DNA from: a virus
IMG/VR virus record: IMGVR_UViG_3300036760_001167
Location: 1-64,000 of that record
Direction: 5' to 3' (one strand)
Length of the DNA: 64,000 bases
The position numbers and the translations under genes were made by a program. Below, in pieces: positions 56,187 to 64,000 of the stretch; the stretch's first letter is position 1; each line of letters opens with the position of its first letter. The notes under the pieces are model-generated. The model ran no database searches. It was given only the letters and a program-made list of their open reading frames with translations, and had not been told where the DNA came from.

Positions 56187-56612
56187 TCACGGGTCGATCC
56201 CCGCGACGCGCGCGATCACGGCGGCGTAGCCCGCCATGTCGACGATGGTGTCGCGCTTGACGCCGCCCGTCGCGAACCGCGAGACCTTGAGCAGGAGGAG
56301 GCAGCACGCCGCGTCCTCCGCGGTCAGGACGACCTCGTGGGGCAGGACGCCCGCGCCGTGCAGGTACGTCGTCCACAGCGCCGCGATGTTCTCGCAGCTC
56401 GGCCGCGGCCCGCCGTAGTCCGCCTCCCGGTCGCCGCCGTAGACCAGCGCCCCGGCCTCCTCGAGCACCGTCGGCGCGGGCGCCAGGTTCAGCGCCCGCG
56501 GCTCCTCGTCGCGCTCCGCGGTCAGCGGCTCCTCCGGCATGCTCTGGTAGTGGCGGCCTCGGTGCCTCTCCCTCCCGCGTGCCGCGCACTCCGGGACGTC
56601 GCATAGCGCCAT
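56187..56612 (-). CDS. DUF6378-like protein (putative nucleotide hydrolase fold)
   Basis: LEEA..LV..DREADYG...NIAALW..YL...LLKVSR...DTIVDMAGYA. Confidence 0.75.
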   Translation of the reverse strand: MALCDVPECAARGRERHRGRHYQSMPEEPLTAERDEEPRALNLAPAPTVLEEAGALVYGGDREADYGGPRPSCENIAALWTTYLHGAGVLPHEVVLTAEDAACCLLLLKVSRFATGGVKRDTIVDMAGYAAVIARVAGIDP

Positions 56613-56988
56613 GTCGTTCTCCCTTCGCCTCTCGCCCATCACCATCGACTCGACCCACGCCGCGAGCGCCGCCCTGTCTGCCGCGCTCGCGGCGGCGCCG
56701 TCGCGCCAGCAGCGCAGGATCAGCGCCGCCTCGTCCGGGTGGCGGCGCAGGTACGCCTCGACCTTCGCCAGCCCCGCCGCTCCGGGCCCCTCGTTGCTCA
56801 GTCTCCCCGCCGCCTGACTACGCGCCGGACGTTCGCCGTCGGGACGATGACCTCGTCGCCCTCGGAGCGCATGATCGGGAAGTACGTGATCCGCGTCGGC
56901 CAGATCGTCAGCAGCTCCGGGCGGCGCTCCACCCTGCCGTCCATGTACTCGATGCTGCCGTACGCGTAGACCGGCTGCTCCTCCTCCA

Positions 56989-57390
56989 TCAGTCTCCCTC
57001 CCGGCCCTCCCGCACGCGCTGCGCGAGGCCGCCGCTGAGCCTGCTCGCCGCGGTCTCGCGGTGGCTCTCCGCGGTCGTCGCCCCGCCGGTCGTGACCCTG
57101 CCCGGCGACTCCTCCGACGAGGTCGCGCGGAAGTGCGCGTCCGGGTGGCGCGGGTTCATGAACTCGATCATCGCGAAGTTCGCGACGTCCATCAGCCACT
57201 CCGTGTTCCCGTCATCCCGGTAGAGCGCGAGCCGCTTCTCGAGCGACTTGAGGTGGTCGCTCGTCGAGTCCTTCACCGCGCCGTACTTGTGGTAGCTGAA
57301 CGCCATCCGGTCGGCGCAGCCCTGCAGGAACTCCCGCGACACCTCGTGCGGGATCACCGCGATCTCGTAGGTCGCGTGCTCCGTCGGCAT
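56989..57390 (-). CDS. Conserved phage protein, putative all-alpha NTP pyrophosphohydrolase
   Basis: DRMAFSYHKYG...KRLALY...GNTEWLMDVANFAMIEF. Confidence 0.55.
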   Translation of the reverse strand: MPTEHATYEIAVIPHEVSREFLQGCADRMAFSYHKYGAVKDSTSDHLKSLEKRLALYRDDGNTEWLMDVANFAMIEFMNPRHPDAHFRATSSEESPGRVTTGGATTAESHRETAASRLSGGLAQRVREGREGD

Positions 57391-57393
57391 ATC

Positions 57394-57951
57394 CTACCTC
57401 CCCTCGTCGACTTCGCGGAACCGGTCCAGGAACTCGGCCTCTGCCTCGGCCGGGCCCAGGGGCCAGATGCGCCCCTCCATCGGCGCGGGCAGCCCGCCCC
57501 ACGTCTCGGGCTCGCCGGGCGCCATCAGGTCGCGCGCCTCCGTCGCGAGCGCCCGCAGGTCCGCCTCCTTGACCCGCGGGTCGTGCGGGTAGCGCGTGCC
57601 GTACCGCCGCGCGATCGCCCTGTGGGCGAGCTCCTCGACGACGTCGTACCCCATGCTCCCGGTCTCGCGGAGCGCCGCCTTGAGCGGCGAGCTCATGTCG
57701 CCGACGTACGCCTCCGACGCGTCGTGCAGCAGCCCGTCCATGGCGAGCTCCGCGGGCACGTCCCGCGAGACGAGGACGCAGTGCTGCGCGACGGAGTAGA
57801 AGCGCTCGAGCTGGCCGCCGAACCGGCAGAGCAGCGACAGCGCGTGGGCGACGTCGCCGATGTCGACCTCCTCCGCCGTCGGGTTGGTCAGGTGGAAGCG
57901 CCCGCCGCGCCTCGTCTGCACGTAGTGCCCGCGCTCGTCGGTGAAGCTCAC
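57394..57951 (-). CDS. HD-domain deoxynucleotide phosphohydrolase (YfbR/YfdR-like)
   Basis: AHALS..CRFGG...YSVAQH...LLHDASEAYVGD..SPLK...ADL..LATE. Confidence 0.9.
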   Translation of the reverse strand: MSFTDERGHYVQTRRGGRFHLTNPTAEEVDIGDVAHALSLLCRFGGQLERFYSVAQHCVLVSRDVPAELAMDGLLHDASEAYVGDMSSPLKAALRETGSMGYDVVEELAHRAIARRYGTRYPHDPRVKEADLRALATEARDLMAPGEPETWGGLPAPMEGRIWPLGPAEAEAEFLDRFREVDEGR

Positions 57952-58141
57952 GGCGCGTCTCCCGCCCCGCGCACGGCCGCGTCCATGAGCAGGCTGCGGG
58001 CCTCCTGGTACAGCTGCGACGCCGCGGCGCGCTTCCTGCCGGTGAGCTCCGCGGCGTTCTCCTGGAGCACCTGCAGCTCGGTCAGCTCGCGCAGCTCCCT
58101 GCTGGCGTCGGCGAACGCCGCGGCCGCGGCCTCGAGCGGCG

Positions 58142-58480
58142 TCACCGCGCGTCCTCCGGCGGGCGTCCCGTCTCCGGGTGCGCGACCCAGTCGCGCGTCT
58201 TGACGTCGGCCCAGACCCGCGTGACGATCTCGTCCAGGTCGTAGCCGTTCGTGTTGCAGAAGCCCGCCAGGAAGACCTGGATGTCGCCGATCGCGTCCTC
58301 GATCTCGCTCCGCGACTTCTCGATGTCGTACCCGCGGATCGCCTGCTCGTGCTTGAGCCGCGCGTGCGCGAGCTCGCCCACCTCCTCGACGATCCCGAGC
58401 AGCGGCTGGTGCGGCTCCTGCCCCGGGAAGTTGTGCGCGAGCCACTCGCGCGTCTCGTCCTGCAGCGTCCTCAGGTCCAT
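58142..58480 (-). CDS. MazG-like nucleotide pyrophosphohydrolase
   Basis: EEVGEL...EIEDAIGD motif. Confidence 0.85.
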   Translation of the reverse strand: MDLRTLQDETREWLAHNFPGQEPHQPLLGIVEEVGELAHARLKHEQAIRGYDIEKSRSEIEDAIGDIQVFLAGFCNTNGYDLDEIVTRVWADVKTRDWVAHPETGRPPEDAR

Positions 58481-58549
58481 TCCCTCGCCTCTCGCTCGGT
58501 CAACGCCCGGCCTCGCGGCCGGGCTGGCGCGGTGGCAACCGCGCGTCCC

Positions 58550-59191
58550 CTAGAAGCCGACCTTGTCGGTGCCGCGCTTCGCGACCGCGCGCGGCTTGCG
58601 CGCCGACTTCTTCTCCGGCTCCGGCTCCGGCTCGTCGTCCGCGCCGGCCTCCTCGGCCTCGGCCTCCTCGGCCTCGCGGCGGAGGCGCTGCGCCTTCGTC
58701 TCGGGCTTCGCCTCCGGCTCGGCCGCGGCCTCGTCGTCGTCGTCGTCGTCGTCGTCGTCCGGGTCCTCGAACGACTCGCCGAGCGGCCGCGTCTCGAGCA
58801 GCTCCTGCGAGCCCTTGTACTGGCCCTTCGCCTGGATGCCGAGGCGCGCCGTCAGCTTGACGCCGTCCATGGCCTCCATGATCGCTTCCATCTCGTCGTC
58901 GCCCTCGAGGTCCTCGTCGACCTCGCGGAGCACGGAGAAGAACCCGCGCGCCTTCTTCTTGAACCAAAACTGCGCCTTCGTGTTCTCCTCCGCCGGGAAG
59001 TTCAGGCTGACGGACGTGACGCTCTTCGCGTCCGGCCCGTCGAGGACCTGCAGGTCCATGAAGACGGTGAACGACCCGTCGTCCTTCATCTCGCCAGCCT
59101 TGCGGACCTCCAGCACCTCGACGTCGTAGACGTCGACCGGCAGCGGCTTCCCGCTCCCGTCGTCCTCGGTCTTGATGTAGCCCCTGGTCAC
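58550..59191 (-). CDS. Putative ssDNA-binding protein (DUF669-like)
   Basis: PLPVDVYDVEV N-terminus and long acidic tail; downstream of the Sak4-like ATPase. Confidence 0.6.
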   Translation of the reverse strand: MTRGYIKTEDDGSGKPLPVDVYDVEVLEVRKAGEMKDDGSFTVFMDLQVLDGPDAKSVTSVSLNFPAEENTKAQFWFKKKARGFFSVLREVDEDLEGDDEMEAIMEAMDGVKLTARLGIQAKGQYKGSQELLETRPLGESFEDPDDDDDDDDDEAAAEPEAKPETKAQRLRREAEEAEAEEAGADDEPEPEPEKKSARKPRAVAKRGTDKVGF

Positions 59192-59502
59192 TTGTGTCCT
59201 CCTTCTCGCAGCACCTCTGCCGCGCGCGATCGGCGCCGCTGCCCCAGACCGTTCCAGAGCATCGCGACCACCGCCTGCACCTTCTCCAAGCCGTCGGCCT
59301 TCCACTCCCACCGCTGGAAGTTGCCGTGTCCCAGGTACGGTCCGTACGGCCCGTACACCTTGCCGATGCCGACCGCCGCGCAGAACCTTCGAACGACGTC
59401 CTCATCGTTCATGGTCAGGGCGGCGCGCGGAGCGGTTCCGCGCATCAGGGTGAAGCAGCCTTCACCTTCGAACAACCCGCCCGCCCAGCACAGCTCGTTC
59501 AT
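59188..59502 (-). CDS. Free-standing single-motif LAGLIDADG endonuclease-like protein
   Basis: WAGGLFEGEGCF...MNDEDVVRRF...GIGKVYGPY...WEW. Confidence 0.8.
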   Translation of the reverse strand: MNELCWAGGLFEGEGCFTLMRGTAPRAALTMNDEDVVRRFCAAVGIGKVYGPYGPYLGHGNFQRWEWKADGLEKVQAVVAMLWNGLGQRRRSRAAEVLREGGHK

Positions 59503-60335
59503 GCCTTGGCCGTCTCCGCGTCGGCCTTCGCGCGCTCGGCGAGCGCGGCAGTGATGTCCTCCATCATCGTCACCAGCGTGTTCCGCCAGCCGATGTCCTC
59601 GTCGTAGGTCACGTCGACCCAGCCGTCGAGGAAGGTGTGCGTCCGGTCCTTCGCCTGCACGTTGTCCACCGGCCGCACGTGCAGCCTGTGCTCGATCGTC
59701 CCGCCCGGACCCTCCGGCGTCTCGAGCCGCAGCATCCCGACGATGTCGACGAAGCCCGCGAGGGTCTTCGCGAGCTGCCCCTGCACGTACGGGACGAGCT
59801 TGACCTCCTCCTGGCCGCGCTCGGCGGTGCCCGCGACGAACGCGACGCACTGGACCGGCTTCACGACGTTGTACTTCAGGTCGCGCATCGACCGGATGAG
59901 CGCCTCGCTCTTCCGGAACAGCACGCCCCAGTCGTCCCACTCCATCTTCTCGGAGCCGGCGACCTCGTCGACGATCCTCTTCTGCACCTCGCTCAGCGAG
60001 TCGACGATCACGGAGGTGAACCCGTGCCTCCCGCGGTTCAGCCACTGCGCCGTCTGCCGCACGTCCTCGAGGCCGCGCACGCGGACGACGCACGTGTCCC
60101 ACGTGCCGTCGGCCTTGGGCGGCGCCTCCTTCGGGTTCTCCCAGATCACCTTGCGGCCGAAGGTGAACTCGCTGCCTCCCTCGGCGTCGAGCACGAGCCG
60201 CGGCGCGGGCGCGGTCTGCGCCAGCCACGACTTCCCAGTTCCCCAGTCGCCGTGGATCAGGATCGTCAGCGGCCGGAGCGCGGGCGCCGCGGCCGCCCTC
60301 CTACGTGCTGGTGCCTCCGTGCCTGTCGAGGCCAT
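59499..60335 (-). CDS. AAA_24 / Sak4-like recombination ATPase
   Basis: ILIHGDWGTGKS, VLDAEGG, VIVDSLSE, AKDR. Confidence 0.85.
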   Translation of the reverse strand: MASTGTEAPARRRAAAAPALRPLTILIHGDWGTGKSWLAQTAPAPRLVLDAEGGSEFTFGRKVIWENPKEAPPKADGTWDTCVVRVRGLEDVRQTAQWLNRGRHGFTSVIVDSLSEVQKRIVDEVAGSEKMEWDDWGVLFRKSEALIRSMRDLKYNVVKPVQCVAFVAGTAERGQEEVKLVPYVQGQLAKTLAGFVDIVGMLRLETPEGPGGTIEHRLHVRPVDNVQAKDRTHTFLDGWVDVTYDEDIGWRNTLVTMMEDITAALAERAKADAETAKA

Positions 60336-61452
60336 CGCCTCCCACCCCCTTCTCGTCCGGCCTGTCGCCGGTCCCCTTCACGTACCCGTACCGCCAGCCC
60401 GTGGCGAGCGTCACGTGGATCGACTCCTCCGCCGCGCCCATCTCGCGCAGCACGCCCGCGACCTCGTCGACCAGCCCCGCGAGCTCCAGGACCCGGCCCT
60501 TCAGCGTGACCGGGTCGACGTCGTGCAGCGCGATCGGCCGCTCGACGTTGCGCGTTACCTCGAGCCTCATCCGCGCAGGTGGTCGTCGTGCGCGTCGAGC
60601 TCGCCGTCGTGCGGCCCGCCCGTCCGCGCGCCGACGGGCGGCAGGACCATCTTGTGCCGCACGCCCGCGTCCACGTGGACCAGGTTCGGCTCGTCGAAGG
60701 TCGACGCCTCCGGCTTGCCGTCCTTGTCGGCGCGCTCCAGCGTCACGCGCCGGCAGCCCTGCATGTACTCGTGGTGAGCGGTGTCGATGCCCTCGAAGCC
60801 CGTCACCACGTCCGCGTAGCGCTCGCCCAGGACCGCGTCGCCGTTGCCGATGGTCTCGTTCCCTCCCATGCCTTGCCTCCCTCGCCTCGGGTGCCCGTTC
60901 TGGCTGCCCACGGCCTCCGTGGGCCCGTTTCGTGCTTCCGGTGCCGGCTCGCCCGCCGGCGGCCTCAGCCGCGCGGCAGCGCCTCCAGGCGGTCCATCGC
61001 GTTCGCCGCCGCGTGCGTCATGTCCGCGTCGCCGCTGTCCAGCGCCTTCTTCAGCGCCGCAAGCGCCGACTGCCGGACCTCGTCCAGCGTCACTCCCTCG
61101 CCCATCCCCGTCACCTCCTCGAAGTAGTCCGGGACCTCCGAGAACAGCCAGTGCACGAGGCAGCCCGCGTGGCAGAAGGCCAGCGCGTCCTCGGCCGCGT
61201 TGCTGCCCGGCGTCATCAGCCAGGCCCAGTCGAAGTCGACGGGGCTGCCGGCGCCGCACCACTCGCAGGCGGTCACGGCCGCGCCTTCAGGATCTCGCCG
61301 AGCGCGATGATCGCGTGGGTCAGCGCGACGCTCGCCAGCGCGGCCGCGCCCTCCGGCGTCTTCACCGAGTGGTCGGCCGACAGGTCGTCCTCGTACCGCT
61401 CGACCTTATCGAGCAGCGCCTCCGCCTTCGCCAGGTGCTCGTTGCCGCTCAT
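60301..61452 (-). other. Small hypothetical genes (60301..60570, 60567..60869, 60965..61276 and one more)
   Basis: Short chained ORFs. Confidence 0.55.
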
Positions 61453-61494
61453 GCCGCGACCTTCATCTTGTGGAGCTCAAGCAGTCCATCTCGC

Positions 61495-62442
61495 TCATCG
61501 CTTCTCCAGGAGTTGGTAGCGCTCAAGCGGGTCGGACTCCTCGAACTCCTCAGCCAGCACGTACTCCACGTCGCTGCCGTCGTCGAAGAGCGGGCAGACA
61601 GTAAAGAACTGGCAGTCCCAGCGGCACGTCGTCGTCGGGTTCGGCGGGACCAGCGAGTGGTGGTCCTCGCCGTCCTCCAGCCGCGCCTCCAGCTCCTGCA
61701 TCTCGCGGCCGATCCCGACGAAGTGCTTCCAGTGCGAGCGGAGCTGCTCGCGGTTGTGCTGGACCTCGACGCGCTCGTAGAACGGCGGGTTGGCCCGCGC
61801 GGTGCGCTTCACCTTGCGCAGCATGTTCAGCACCGCGCCCACGACCTTCGGGTTCTTCACGCCCTTCGCGATCTCCTCCAGCAGGAGGATGAGCTCGTAC
61901 GTCAGGAGCTGGCGGTCCATGCGCGCGATCGCCGGCAGGTCGGTGAAGTTGCCCACCGTCTTGTGCTCGAGGATCGCCTTCCACTTGTCGCGCATCACGA
62001 CGAGCCCGTCCATCTTCGCGCGCAGCGTGATCTCCGCGCGCCACAACACGCCCTCGTCGGCGGGCGCGAGCACGACCTCCGCCTCGCGCTCCGGCTCGAC
62101 GGCCGCGAGCTGGTAGTCCTTGCCCGTCTCCTCGAGGTCGGCGAGGTAGCCCTCGACCATGATCGACGCGAGGTCCTCGTCTTTGTAGATCTCCTCCGCG
62201 TGGTCCGGGTGCAGCGCCGCCATCGCCTCCGCGAACTCGCGCACGTGCGCCGCCGGGTCCTCGAGCCGGCCCGCGTACCACTCGGCGAGCGCGTCGTGGA
62301 CCATGTTCCCGACGTCGCTCGGCGAGTTGTACTCCGCGGGCCTGGCGAGGCGGCGGACGTAGCGCAGCCACCACCGGCGCTTGCACCTCTGGTAGTCCTT
62401 CACCGTCGACTGGGTCAGGACGAGCGGCTCGCCGACGGTCAC
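61495..62442 (-). CDS. PD-(D/E)XK Cas4/RecB-like exonuclease
   Basis: YQRCKRRWWL.Y, GNMVH, AKMDG...LEHKT, QLLTY, C-x2-DC-x4-C. Confidence 0.88.
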   Translation of the reverse strand: MTVGEPLVLTQSTVKDYQRCKRRWWLRYVRRLARPAEYNSPSDVGNMVHDALAEWYAGRLEDPAAHVREFAEAMAALHPDHAEEIYKDEDLASIMVEGYLADLEETGKDYQLAAVEPEREAEVVLAPADEGVLWRAEITLRAKMDGLVVMRDKWKAILEHKTVGNFTDLPAIARMDRQLLTYELILLLEEIAKGVKNPKVVGAVLNMLRKVKRTARANPPFYERVEVQHNREQLRSHWKHFVGIGREMQELEARLEDGEDHHSLVPPNPTTTCRWDCQFFTVCPLFDDGSDVEYVLAEEFEESDPLERYQLLEKR

Positions 62443-62765
62443 GCGTCCGCCAGTCCGAGCATGCGGGCGGACGGGTCCTCGATCTCCTCGAGCTGCTCCT
62501 CGTTGGAGCGCGGGTCGTCGAAGTCGAAGTCCTCGCACGGGTTCCGCGGGTACGCGGGCTCGAAGTCCAGCCCGAGCACCGGCCCGCAGTCGAGGATCTC
62601 CAGGTGCGGAAGCGGGGCGGTCGTCGGCCCGACGTCGAACAGCTCGAGCCGCGCGACGCCGTGCTCCGGCAGCAGCGCCAGCTCCTCGGCGTCGGTGACG
62701 TTCGCGGCGGGCGCGTCCTCGCCGTCCCCTCGGCCGTGCCGCCCCGCGTAGATGATCTCGCTCAT
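62439..62765 (-). CDS. Hypothetical acidic protein
   Basis: 108 aa ORF overlapping the exonuclease start. Confidence 0.45.
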   Translation of the reverse strand: MSEIIYAGRHGRGDGEDAPAANVTDAEELALLPEHGVARLELFDVGPTTAPLPHLEILDCGPVLGLDFEPAYPRNPCEDFDFDDPRSNEEQLEEIEDPSARMLGLADA

Positions 62766-62947
62766 CCCTCGTCCTCGTCCATCGCGTCCACGTCGTCCGG
62801 GATCATCTCGTCGACCGACTCGATGTCCTCGATGTCGACCTCCTCGATGTCGCTGTCCACGCCGATCCTCCTGAGCTCCCGTGCACCACGCGCTCGATCT
62901 CGCCGCGCGTCAGGTCGGTCTTCGGGCCGTTCTCGTCGTCGCCGTCG

Positions 62948-63613
62948 TCAGAACCCCGCCCGCTCGTTGTAGGTCGCCTCCCCGCACGCGCACGTCCAGA
63001 GGATCACGCCGCTCGGCAGCCGCTGGCTCGTCGCGCCGTCCTGGTAGGAGAAGGAGTGCCTGTGCGCGTGGCGCGCGGCCTCGTCCATGTCGTCAAGCGT
63101 CGCGGCGACCGCGCGCGACTCCGCGTCCTTCTCCAGCGCCTCGAACCGCTGCGCGCCCGCGGGCGTCAGGACCGCGCCGCCCTCGGCCATGACGACGAAC
63201 ATGCCCTCCGGCACCGCGTCGTCGGCGGCAACCGCCCGCCGCAGCGCGTCGACGTTCGAGACGAGCTCCGCGTCGAGCCGCTCCTCGAGGTCCATGCCGC
63301 ACATGACGTTCCACACGACGGCGGCGCCGTGGTCCTCCGTGACGTCGCTCCCCTCGCCGTCGAGCTCGCGCTCGCCGGAGAGCCACGCGATCAGGTGCCT
63401 GAACGCGCAGTCCTGGAACTCCAGCAGCTCCCCGCGCGTCTCGGCCTTGCGCCAGTTGTCCGCGCCGTACGCCTCCGCCCCGGCGGTGTAGTGGTCGGCG
63501 ACGCGGCGGAGCGAGGTGCGCGGGATGAGCGTGTACCGCGGCTTGCCCGCCGCGCTGTCCCTGTGGAACCCTGACGGGAACTCTCGCATGCTGCCGGAGC
63601 CCTGGATCGTCAC
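62948..63613 (-). CDS. dATP/dGTP diphosphohydrolase-domain protein (DUF5664-like)
   Basis: RD...GKPRYTLIP...GA..YG..NWRK...RHL.AW..GE...H..AV.WN. Confidence 0.82.
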   Translation of the reverse strand: MTIQGSGSMREFPSGFHRDSAAGKPRYTLIPRTSLRRVADHYTAGAEAYGADNWRKAETRGELLEFQDCAFRHLIAWLSGERELDGEGSDVTEDHGAAVVWNVMCGMDLEERLDAELVSNVDALRRAVAADDAVPEGMFVVMAEGGAVLTPAGAQRFEALEKDAESRAVAATLDDMDEAARHAHRHSFSYQDGATSQRLPSGVILWTCACGEATYNERAGF

Positions 63614-63691
63614 GCCTTGACCCTCCCTGGTCGCCCTCGCTGCTTATCTTACCCCGGCCGGGCGCGGTCCCGCCTCTTCCGCCGCAGTGTC

Positions 63692-64000
63692 TCAGGGCGG
63701 CGAGGCCCACGGTCCCCAGCCGCCGCGTCGGACCATGAACGCGGCGACCCAGACGTTCAGGTACGGGTCGAAGACGTTGCTCCTCCACCGCGTCGCGAAG
63801 TCGCGCAGGTACGGCGCGATCCAGCTCCTCGGCATGTACTCGCGGAGCCGCCCGAGCCAGTAGTCCATCTGGTGCTGGAAGACGCCCGCGCTCCCGCTCG
63901 GGTTGTACGCGGACGGGCAGTAGTGCGACTCCCGGTCCGCGACGTGCTCCGCGTACGGGACCGACTCTCCGATCCACGCGAACGCGCAGTCCACCAGGTT
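63692..64000 (-). CDS. Lytic transglycosylase (SLT-like), 5' end outside the window
   Basis: VADRES....AYNP.GSAGVFQ...FDP..N...A....GGWGPW. Confidence 0.75.
   Translation of the reverse strand, partial: NLVDCAFAWIGESVPYAEHVADRESHYCPSAYNPSGSAGVFQHQMDYWLGRLREYMPRSWIAPYLRDFATRWRSNVFDPYLNVWVAAFMVRRGGWGPWASPP

Noticed and set aside
2483-62751. Very long plus-strand ORFs (e.g. 10991..15601, 23322..26570, 27721..31011, 52595..55213) and Arg-rich alternative minus frames
   Set aside because: Antisense or frame shadows of high-GC genes; low-complexity R/A/G/P or PPV translations with no motifs, fully overlapping well-supported genes
56187-63613. Calling a 2-aminoadenine (Z) genome
   Set aside because: No purZ or DNA polymerase in the window; HD and MazG genes are common in phages with unmodified DNA
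1-64000. Prophage or integration module
   Set aside because: No integrase, repressor or host flanking genes are recognisable; lifestyle cannot be determined from this window

Overview
A 64 kb segment of a very high-GC tailed (siphovirus-like) phage, probably infecting an Actinomycetota host (WhiB, LAXTG sortase substrate, Tad-type pilins). Almost all real genes are on the minus strand; the long plus-strand ORFs are antisense shadows. Transcription runs right to left through these modules: replication, recombination and nucleotide metabolism (lytic transglycosylase, DUF5664, Cas4-like exonuclease, Sak4-like ATPase, LAGLIDADG, SSB-like protein, MazG/HD hydrolases, primase-helicase); small accessory genes with two LuxR-type HTHs; HNH, adenine methylase and a CCTAGG-rich putative genome-end region; terS, a J-domain gene and terL; a ~1 kb highly structured non-coding region; small ORFs behind three conserved GCCGATAA promoter elements; rtcB, TadE/TadG pilins, a cell-wall-anchored protein and tRNA-Arg(CCU); WhiB; portal-MuF, a double ADP-ribosyltransferase/kinase payload, protease and HK97 capsid; a five-gene glycosylation cassette; then head-tail, tail and GGX-repeat fibre genes. 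No integrase, CRISPR array or reverse transcriptase was seen. The strongest leads are the candidate large ncRNA, the Tad-pilin/sortase surface module with a shared uncharacterised domain, the portal-MuF-toxin frame split by one in-frame TAA, and the probable virion-glycosylation cassette. All family assignments come from visual motif recognition; no searches were run.
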